Shown: one piece after another, positions 33,315 to 41,053 of the stretch
Layout of the letters: each line of letters opens with the position of its first letter
Position numbering within the stretch: position 1 is the first letter of the stretch
DNA from: a bacterium
GTDB lineage: Bacteria > UBA8248
Length of the DNA: 64,000 nucleotides
Assembly: GCA_965219955.1 (NCBI GenBank)
Contig: OZ244799.1
Span: 3,776,001-3,840,000 of the forward strand
Reading direction: 5' to 3'
Made by a program: the position numbers and the translations under genes
Notes under the pieces: model-generated
What the model saw: only the letters and a program-made list of their open reading frames with translations
Database searches by the model: none
What the model was told of the DNA's origin: nothing

Positions 33315-33995
33315 TCAGTCGAGACGCGCGACCACGCGCGCGGGCGCGCCCTCGATTCTGTAGAGTTTCATGGGAAAGGCGAACATCTCGAATTCGCTCT
33401 CCTCGAAAGTTTCCAGATTGATGACGTGCTCGATGAGCGGAACGCCCCGGCCCAGCACCGCGCGGTGGCCGGGCGAGTCCTCGTGATGCACCACGGAGTC
33501 GGGCTGCATGCCCGGGTCGATGGCGTGGTCCATGCAAAGGGCCTTCATGCCGCAATCGCACAGGAAATGGCAGGCCTCCTTGTCGAGGTAGGGGTTGGGG
33601 CCGAAGTAATCGGGCGTGAAGAACTTCTCCTTCGACCAGCCCGTCCAGGAGACGGCGATGGCCCCGTCCAGACGCCCGGGCTTGAAGCCGGGGCTCGCTT
33701 CGATCATAGCCTGCGTGATGGGGCTCGCCTCGCGCGCGGTTCCCCTCAGGTCTATCTTCACGGCGCGGCCGCAGAAGGTATCGAGCGGCATTTCGTCTAT
33801 CGTCACGCCGTCGGGGTAGAAGTGGTTCGGCGCATCGAGATGGGTTCCCTGGTGGATCGCCATCCGGACCGCGCTGTTCTGGCGGCCGTGGGTGGGATGT
33901 TCGTGGAACTGCCAGTATTCCACCGGGGGAAAGGTCGGCACCTCGCAGAGGTCGGGATGCCCCAGGGGGGCGGTGAGGTCAATCAATCGGCTCAT
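33315..33995 (-). CDS. cyclase family (kynurenine formamidase-like) metal-dependent hydrolase
   Basis: IDLTAP, HQGTHLDAPNH, GAPARVVA. Confidence 0.9.
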   Translation of the reverse strand: MSRLIDLTAPLGHPDLCEVPTFPPVEYWQFHEHPTHGRQNSAVRMAIHQGTHLDAPNHFYPDGVTIDEMPLDTFCGRAVKIDLRGTAREASPITQAMIEASPGFKPGRLDGAIAVSWTGWSKEKFFTPDYFGPNPYLDKEACHFLCDCGMKALCMDHAIDPGMQPDSVVHHEDSPGHRAVLGRGVPLIEHVINLETFEESEFEMFAFPMKLYRIEGAPARVVARLD

Positions 33996-34860
33996 GGTTT
34001 TCCTCCGTCGATTTGGCGACTGAAAGGTGGTGTTTTCTGAAAAAATCATGGATGAGGGCGAGCACGGCCTCGGGCCTGTCCAGTTGCGCGTAGCGGCCCG
34101 CCCCCTCGATGAGGATGGACTCGCACCGGGGAATTCCCGCCGAGAGGGCCTGAGCATCCTCGTGGTATTCGGGGTCTTCCTCGCCGGTGAGGGCGAGCGC
34201 GGGGCAGGATACCTCATTCAGGCGCTCCGTGAGGTCGGGCGCCAAAAGCTCGGCGTATCCCGCCGAGGCGTATCCCGAAGGGTCGCCCCGCAGGAACAGG
34301 CGGTGGTGCTCCGCGCGCTCTCTGGGGGTCATCCCCCGGGGTTCCCTGCCCTCGCTTTTCCTGTTCCGGTAGGCCTCGTGCATCTCTCCCGCCTCGGCCA
34401 GATGGATGCGTTCGGCCACGCCTCTGCGCACGCTCTTGGCGGCGGGCGCCGCCCCCGCCCCGATGAGGATGAGCGCGCCCGGCAGGCTGGGCTGTTCGAC
34501 GGCGAGCAGGAGCGCCGCCCTCGCCCCCAGGCCGTGCCCGATGAGGACGGGCCGGTTCAGGCCCAGGCGGGAGGTGACGGCCCCGATATCCCCCGCCATC
34601 TCGGCGAGCGTGTATTTCCCCCTGGGACTCGAGGAGCGCCCGTGCCCCCTCGGCTCCACCGCGACCACGCGGTGCATGCTCGAGAGCGTGGGGATGATCT
34701 TCCGCCACACCCAAGCCGTATCGCCCAGCCCCGGAACGCAGAGGATTGGCGTGCCGTCTCCTGCGGCTTCGTAGCAGATGATGACGGGATCGTCCGCGCC
34801 CGCGCGGCTCAGGTTCAGGTATCTCGCCGTGCGGGAGGACTCGCCTGCGACCCGGACCAT
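33979..34860 (-). CDS. alpha/beta fold hydrolase-like protein, catalytic residues apparently lost
   Basis: EPRGHGRS present; elbow reads GHGLG (no Ser); His position reads GAGR. Confidence 0.75.
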   Translation of the reverse strand: MVRVAGESSRTARYLNLSRAGADDPVIICYEAAGDGTPILCVPGLGDTAWVWRKIIPTLSSMHRVVAVEPRGHGRSSSPRGKYTLAEMAGDIGAVTSRLGLNRPVLIGHGLGARAALLLAVEQPSLPGALILIGAGAAPAAKSVRRGVAERIHLAEAGEMHEAYRNRKSEGREPRGMTPRERAEHHRLFLRGDPSGYASAGYAELLAPDLTERLNEVSCPALALTGEEDPEYHEDAQALSAGIPRCESILIEGAGRYAQLDRPEAVLALIHDFFRKHHLSVAKSTEENHEPID

Positions 34861-34862
34861 GC

Positions 34863-35627
34863 CTAGAGCGCAGCCAGTTCTTCTATCAGCCCGCGCAGGC
34901 GCGCGGATACGGCCTCGAAGTATTGCGCCCCGTTTTCCGCCGTGGCCGCCGTGGGCATGCCCGCTACGCCCGAGGGGGCGCGGTGCCTGTTGAAGTCCAC
35001 GGGGCGGAAGAGCATTCCGCGGTGGTGCATGTCCTTCGTTCCCAGGGGATGGGGGTTCTCGTTGACTTGATCCACCGCCTCGTCCATGTTCACCAGGTCG
35101 GGGCGCAGGTGGAGCATCATGGCGGTTTCGAACTCCCCGCTGTGGGCCATCCCGCCGACGGGCGTTTTGCGTATCTCGGCGGAGATTTCGTTCCCCAGAT
35201 GGAAGTAGGTGATCATCCAGATGGTGAGTTCGATGTCGTAGCCGATGTCGTTCAGCGTGGCCTGGAGCGGCTGCACGTTGCCGCCGTGGCCGTTCACGAC
35301 GAATATCTTCTTGTACCCGTGGTGGGCCACGGAGCGGATGATGTCCTTGACGAGGGCGACGTAGGTTTCCAGCCTGAGCGAGATGGTTCCCGGGTACTCG
35401 AAATGATGGTGCGACGTGCCCGTCCACATCGTGCGGGTCAGCAACACGTTCTCAAGGCCGTCCACCGCCTTCCGGCAGACGCTCTCGCAAAGAAGCGTAT
35501 CCACCACGACGGGGCTGTGCGGCCCGTGCTGTTCCATCGAGGCGAAGGGGATGACGACCACGGCCCCGTTCCGGGCCATTTCCTTGTGCTGCGGCCAGCT
35601 TAGTTCTTCCCAAAGCATAAGGGGCAT
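34863..35627 (-). CDS. creatininase / creatinine amidohydrolase family protein
   Basis: EQHGPH...D, SHHH..PGT, NGHGGN, HSGEFET. Confidence 0.9.
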   Translation of the reverse strand: MPLMLWEELSWPQHKEMARNGAVVVIPFASMEQHGPHSPVVVDTLLCESVCRKAVDGLENVLLTRTMWTGTSHHHFEYPGTISLRLETYVALVKDIIRSVAHHGYKKIFVVNGHGGNVQPLQATLNDIGYDIELTIWMITYFHLGNEISAEIRKTPVGGMAHSGEFETAMMLHLRPDLVNMDEAVDQVNENPHPLGTKDMHHRGMLFRPVDFNRHRAPSGVAGMPTAATAENGAQYFEAVSARLRGLIEELAAL

Positions 35628-35809
35628 CCTTCAAAATAGTGTGAATGACGGGTAAGGCACCAAGCCTCTCAGGTTTTTCCGCCTCGGGCAAGAGCGGCGC
35701 GCCAAGCAAGGGAAACGCTTTCGCCGCTTGCCAGCGGTTTCGATTCGTGGTCTTTTAGGGGCCGCGAGAACAACCGGATGGAGAAAGACAAGTGTATTCG
35801 ACCGATCAG

Positions 35810-36292
35810 ATGAGCGAAGACGAGCGCTGGATGGCGGAGGCGCTGGCGCTGGCCGGCATGGCCGAAGAGGCGGGCGACGTGCCCGTGGGCGCGCTGGTGG
35901 TGCGCGAGGGCCGGGTGCTGGGCCGGGGCTTCAACAGGCGCGAGGCCGCCTGCGACCCCACCGCGCACGCCGAAGTCCTGGCGCTCAGGGAAGCCGCCGA
36001 GACAGACGGCATCTGGCGGCTCGACGGCGCGACCCTCTACGTCACGCTCGAGCCGTGCCCCATGTGCGCAGGCGCGATCGTGAACTCTCGGATCGCGCGG
36101 CTCGTCTTCGGGGCCACGGACCCCAAGGGCGGGGCCTGCGGCTCCTTGTTCGACATTCCCTCGGACCCGCGCGTGAACCACCGCGTGCCGATCACCTCGG
36201 GCGTCATGGCCGAGGAGAGCGCCGCGATGCTGCGCGCCTTTTTCGAGGAGCGCCGCCGCATCGCCCGCGAGGCGAGGCAGGCCGCGCGCTGA
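35810..36292 (+). CDS. tadA: tRNA-specific adenosine deaminase
   Basis: DVPVGA, DPTAHAE, TLEPCPMC, DPKGG. Confidence 0.92.
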   Translation: MSEDERWMAEALALAGMAEEAGDVPVGALVVREGRVLGRGFNRREAACDPTAHAEVLALREAAETDGIWRLDGATLYVTLEPCPMCAGAIVNSRIARLVFGATDPKGGACGSLFDIPSDPRVNHRVPITSGVMAEESAAMLRAFFEERRRIAREARQAAR

Positions 36293-36307
36293 TGTGACGA
36301 TTCTTAC

Positions 36308-36399
36308 GGAGAGGTGGCCGAGTCCGGTTTAAGGCGGCAGACTCGAAATCTGTTGTGCAGGTGACTGCACCGGGGGTTCGAATCCCTCCCTCTCCGCCA
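36308..36399 (+). tRNA. tRNA-Ser(CGA)
   Basis: GGAGAGG...CCTCTCC-GCCA, anticodon loop CTCGAAA, long variable arm. Confidence 0.95.
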
Positions 36400-36753
36400 G
36401 TTCGATTATTTCGTCGTATCAAACGGTCAATGCGAGGGGATCGGGAAAACCGGGTTACGGCCCGGAGTTTTTAATTTCGCTCCGCCGGTTCGGACCCGAT
36501 CCGCGCATCTCCATGCGGTCCCGCGGCAAGTGAAACGCCGCAATAGAGAGGCCTGATACACGACTGCGCCGGACCGCATTGCGCCGAACCCTCCGATGAA
36601 AAACGCTTGCATTCCAATGTGCGCCTGGACACGCCTGATTCACGAAGGCCATACACCGGATTTTGAAGCAGCTCGATTTGAAAATAGCTCATATCCGCTA
36701 TTTTATTTATACTTGAATAAGGTAATGGGCCACACCTAAAAAGTGGATGTGGG

Positions 36754-38061
36754 ATGATACAGCCGGGCAGTAAATCTTTACGGAAGATCGCGGTTGTCGG
36801 GCAGGGAACCGCAGGGTCTTTGGCGGCCTCGAGCGTAACTCGTCTTCACCCGGACAGCGACCACGAACTGCACCACATCTATGACTCGCGCATCCCCGTC
36901 ATCGGAGTAGGTGAAGGCAGTTGGCCGAGCCTGGTTCAGCATTTGCGCGAACTGACGAATATCCCCCATGAAACCGTCCAGCAGCGTTTGAAGGGAACGC
37001 GCAAGTACGGTGTCGCATTCGAGGGATGGGGTCGGCGCCATCAGGACTTCACCCACTATTTCACGCCGCAACAAGTGTCCTACGCCTACCACCTTTCCGC
37101 CGACTTGATGGCGGACCTGCTGCGTGAAAGCACGCGCGCGCGCCACATCGACGCGAAAGTGCTCGATATCACCAGGGTGGAAGGCGGCGCGCAAGTGGAA
37201 TTCGAGGGCCTGCCGCCGGAGCGCTACGACCTGGTCTTCGACGCCCGGGGGTTTCCCCGAGAACTCGATCCCGAACGGCACATCGACGTTTCCTTCATCC
37301 CCACCAATACAGCCGTCATCCGCCGCTGTCCGGCAATCGTCGAAGAAGAACGGGACGGGCTGGTTCTGCAGCACACTTATACCCGGGCGGTTGCGCGTCC
37401 GCACGGTTGGGTATTCGTGATTCCACTTACAGCACACACATCATACGGGTACGTCTTCAACCGCGACGTATCCGGCCTTGACGAAGTCGAATCGGACTTC
37501 GACGCTTTCCTGGAAACCGACGGCGTACCGGAATTCGAGCAGCGCGCCGTCATTCCGTTTCCCAACTTTGCCCACCGTCAGATTTACGATGGCGCGGTGG
37601 CCCGCATCGGCAACGCAGCCGCCTTCATGGAACCTCTCGAAGCAACGGCGATCGTATCCGCTCAGCTGCAGATCGGGATGGTTCTCCATATACGTCTCAA
37701 CCGTTCGGCAGAGCATCTCGAGCGCGACGCGCCGGTGGTCAATCGATTCCTCATCAACAACATGCTGTGCTACAGTCTGTTCGTCGGTTGGCATTATTCC
37801 TGCGGCTCGAAGTACGACAGCGAATTCTGGCGATACGCCCGTGACCATGCCTGGCCTCGGCACCGTGAGGCGGCGGACCCCGCAGTGGTGGGTTGCGACG
37901 CGCTCCGTAAATTCGACGAAATGCTCGAACTGATGAACCAGACGGTCATCGATAAAACGGACTGGGAACGAATGTGCGCCCTTCCCCTCACCAGTTATGC
38001 CCAGATTTCCCAGGGGCTGGGATGCCAGGCGCCGATCTGGGAAAAGTTCGACATCGGTTGA
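36754..38061 (+). CDS. srpI: flavin-dependent tryptophan-halogenase-family enzyme, probable peptidyl-Trp halogenase (SrpI-like)
   Basis: VGQGTAG, IGVGEGS, Lys in GTRKYG, GWVFVIPL, GNAAAFMEPLEAT; short (435 aa); clustered with a precursor ending in Trp; gene name from memory. Confidence 0.8.
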   Translation: MIQPGSKSLRKIAVVGQGTAGSLAASSVTRLHPDSDHELHHIYDSRIPVIGVGEGSWPSLVQHLRELTNIPHETVQQRLKGTRKYGVAFEGWGRRHQDFTHYFTPQQVSYAYHLSADLMADLLRESTRARHIDAKVLDITRVEGGAQVEFEGLPPERYDLVFDARGFPRELDPERHIDVSFIPTNTAVIRRCPAIVEEERDGLVLQHTYTRAVARPHGWVFVIPLTAHTSYGYVFNRDVSGLDEVESDFDAFLETDGVPEFEQRAVIPFPNFAHRQIYDGAVARIGNAAAFMEPLEATAIVSAQLQIGMVLHIRLNRSAEHLERDAPVVNRFLINNMLCYSLFVGWHYSCGSKYDSEFWRYARDHAWPRHREAADPAVVGCDALRKFDEMLELMNQTVIDKTDWERMCALPLTSYAQISQGLGCQAPIWEKFDIG

Positions 38062-38289
38062 TTCCAAACCACGGAGGTGGTCCCCCAAGCATGGAAACGA
38101 GGAGGGCCGATGATGACGAGTAGGGTCTGCAAACCGGAGAAGATCGTCTGCCTGCTGCGCAGGGCGTCCACCCAGGGCCGTTGAAAAAGTCCCCGCCCTG
38201 TGATTTTGTATAATTTCGTTTCATTTTACCAAATGTTATGATGTTTTTCTGGTTTTTATGGATTGCTATGCGGAGACTACCCTACTGTC

Positions 38290-38841
38290 GTGTTCAACAA
38301 TCCGTTTGACTCATTTCATAATATCGTTGCCGAAGCGAAGGAAGAACGCGAACAACTCGACCGGCTGCTGACGATTTCCACGCCTCGGGAGCGTATGCTC
38401 GTCGCCGCAATCGCTCTTTTGCTGTGCGTCCTCTCGGCATGGCTTTTCTTCGGCAGCGTATCCCGCAGCCTCGTGGTGGACGGCGTCGTGGCCGAGCAGG
38501 GCGAAAACTCGCCCGGGGGCGCCCGGTCCGTGCGGGTCCTCGTCTGGGTCGAGAGCGATATCGCTCCACAAATCAAGGCCGGGATGCCGGTGGTGATCGA
38601 GCCGGATGCGGCGGATGGAGAAAAAGGCGCGCTCGGCGGAGAGATCAGGGCCATTTCCGCCGTGCCCTTTTCCGGGGGGTCGGCGGCGATTGAGTCCGCG
38701 GCGCCGGTGTCCCCGCACCGCGTCGATATCGCGCTCGAAAAAAATCTGGATTCGAATTCCCTGGCGGGCAGGAAATGCCGGATTGTCATCGAGCTCGGCA
38801 GGCAATCTCCGATCGCGCTGTTTCGAATGAGGCGATCCTGA
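38290..38841 (+). CDS. short NHLP-system secretion (membrane-fusion-like) protein
   Basis: EQLDRLLTISTP + TM helix and C-terminal SPIALF typical of NHLP HlyD-like proteins; central helical region absent. Confidence 0.65.
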   Translation: MFNNPFDSFHNIVAEAKEEREQLDRLLTISTPRERMLVAAIALLLCVLSAWLFFGSVSRSLVVDGVVAEQGENSPGGARSVRVLVWVESDIAPQIKAGMPVVIEPDAADGEKGALGGEIRAISAVPFSGGSAAIESAAPVSPHRVDIALEKNLDSNSLAGRKCRIVIELGRQSPIALFRMRRS

Positions 38842-38842
38842 G

Positions 38843-41053
38843 ATGCCGGCGCGCGCCGCCAAGGAGGCCGGGGACAAGGCCCCTTCTGACGTATCGAAAC
38901 AGAAGGTGAACACGCCGGTTCTGTTGCAGATGCATGCGTCGGAATGCGGCGCCGCCTGCCTCGGCATGGTGCTGGCCTACTTCGGGCGATGGGTGCCGCT
39001 TACCGAACTGCGCGAAAAATGCGAGGTGAGCCGGGACGGCAGCAGCGCCGCAAGCATCCTGCGCGCCTCCCGGCACTATGGTCTCGAATGCAGCGGGCTC
39101 AGCGCACGCGCCGATCAGCTGAAAAAGCTGCAGTTGCCTTTGATTCTGTTCTGGCAATTCAGCCATTTCGTCGTCCTCGATGGATTCGATGGACGCTATT
39201 TCTATCTCAACGACCCCTCCACGGGGCGGCGCAGGATTTCCGCGGAAGAGTTCTACAAGGACTACAGCGGCATTGCGCTTCGCTTCAAATGCGGCGCCGA
39301 CTTCAGGCCCGGGGGCGAGCAACCCGACTTGTTCAGGCAATTGGGCGCCTTGCTCGCCGGATCATGGAGTGTGCTTACCGGGGTGATCGCCTGCGGACTC
39401 ATGCTGACGCTGTTGACGTTGATTATTCCCGTATCCCTCGGTGTTGTCGTCGACGATTTTATGGAAAAACACGGGTCCTGGGGTGGATTGGTGGCCGCCT
39501 TGCTTGGCGGCGGCGTCCTGGTCTACGTCCTGTCCTTGCTCAAGCACCGATTCCTCAAGCGGCTCGCCGTCCGGGTATCGGTGATTGGCTTCAGTCGCGG
39601 CATGTCACGGCTGCTGCGGCTGCCGGTGGAGTTTTTTGAACACAGGCTGGCCGGCGACCTGACCGACCGGGTCTCGTCCACCGACAGAATCGCCAGGAAT
39701 CTGGCGGATCAGTTCCTTGTCCTCATCATCGACATGGGGATGAGCGTGGTGCTGTTAGTCGCGATGTTCGCCTACGATGTCCTGCTCACGCTGATCGTGC
39801 TTTTGCTGGCCCTTCTGCACGGAGTGCTGGCCCACTTCCTCAACGCCCTCCGGGCGGTCCGGAGCCAGGCGATGAGGCGCGAGCAGGGATTGCTGATCGG
39901 CCTCGGCATGCAGATGCTGAGCCATGCGGACAATCTGCGCATGACGGGAGCGGACGACCGGTTCTTTTCGCGCTGGAGCGGTCAACAGGCGCGTGAACTG
40001 CGTGCGCGCCAACTCTATTCCGAACTGGGTTCCGTCAATACCTCGCTTCCGGGGCTGGTCGACGCGCTCCGGAGCGCGGCGATTCTCGGCATCGGGGGCG
40101 GTTTCGTCATGGCCGGGGACATGACCCTGGGGACGCTGGTCGGGTTCTACATCCTGGCGGAGATGTTCCTGGCTCCCGTCAGGCGCTTTTTGGAGTTTGC
40201 CGAAACCCGTCAGGCGCTCGAAACCGATTTGCAGCGTCTCGAGGACATCTCCAAAACCGATGAAGATCCCGTTTTCAGCCGCCGGAGCCCGGAATCGGAG
40301 TCTATCCGCACGTTCAACGGCCGGCTCCAACTCGCGGGCCAACTCGAACTGCGTGACCTCACCTTCGGTTTCAACAAGAGCCGGCCCCCTTTGATAAAGG
40401 ACTTCAACCTCGTGATCAAACCGGGGCAGCGCGTTGCCGTGGTCGGTCCCAGCGGTTCCGGCAAGTCGACCCTGGCGCGTCTGGTTTCGGGCGTATACCA
40501 GCCCTGGTCGGGCGAAATCCTGTTTGACGGTCATCCGCGGGATCAGATTCCGGAAGAAGTGCTGCGGCAGTCCATATCCATAGTGGATCAGGAGATCGTG
40601 CTCTTTACCGCGTCCCTGCGCGACAACATCACGTTGTGGAACCCGGCCGTTCCGGATGAAATCCTCTTCGCCGCGACGCGGGACGCCCAAATCCATGACG
40701 AAATCCTGCTTCGAGCGCAGGGATATGCGACCCTCGTCGAAGAAGGCGGGGCGAATTTCAGCGGCGGCCAGCAGCAACGCCTGGAAATCGCCCGCGCACT
40801 GGTGGGCAATCCGACGGTGCTCATTCTGGACGAGGCCACCAGCGCACTCGATGCCGCAACAGAGGAATACGTCGATGACGCCCTGCGACGTCGCGGCGTC
40901 ACCTGCCTGATCGTGGCGCACCGGCTGAGCACCGTGCGGGATTGCGATGAAATCATCGTGCTCGACAAAGGCGTCACCGTGCAACGCGGCGCGCACGACG
41001 AGTTGATCGCGGATCGGGATGGCGCGTACTACAAGCTGGTGCAGTCGGGCTGA
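38843..41053 (+). CDS. NHLP-family export ABC transporter with C39 peptidase
   Basis: LQMHASECGAACL (Cys), HFVVL (His), TM domain, GPSGSGKST, FSGGQQQR, LDEATS. Confidence 0.93.
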   Translation: MPARAAKEAGDKAPSDVSKQKVNTPVLLQMHASECGAACLGMVLAYFGRWVPLTELREKCEVSRDGSSAASILRASRHYGLECSGLSARADQLKKLQLPLILFWQFSHFVVLDGFDGRYFYLNDPSTGRRRISAEEFYKDYSGIALRFKCGADFRPGGEQPDLFRQLGALLAGSWSVLTGVIACGLMLTLLTLIIPVSLGVVVDDFMEKHGSWGGLVAALLGGGVLVYVLSLLKHRFLKRLAVRVSVIGFSRGMSRLLRLPVEFFEHRLAGDLTDRVSSTDRIARNLADQFLVLIIDMGMSVVLLVAMFAYDVLLTLIVLLLALLHGVLAHFLNALRAVRSQAMRREQGLLIGLGMQMLSHADNLRMTGADDRFFSRWSGQQARELRARQLYSELGSVNTSLPGLVDALRSAAILGIGGGFVMAGDMTLGTLVGFYILAEMFLAPVRRFLEFAETRQALETDLQRLEDISKTDEDPVFSRRSPESESIRTFNGRLQLAGQLELRDLTFGFNKSRPPLIKDFNLVIKPGQRVAVVGPSGSGKSTLARLVSGVYQPWSGEILFDGHPRDQIPEEVLRQSISIVDQEIVLFTASLRDNITLWNPAVPDEILFAATRDAQIHDEILLRAQGYATLVEEGGANFSGGQQQRLEIARALVGNPTVLILDEATSALDAATEEYVDDALRRRGVTCLIVAHRLSTVRDCDEIIVLDKGVTVQRGAHDELIADRDGAYYKLVQSG

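Noticed and set aside
36400-36750. Integrase remnant or SRP RNA right after tRNA-Ser
   Set aside because: No tyrosine/serine recombinase motifs in the short ORFs and no SRP signature seen.
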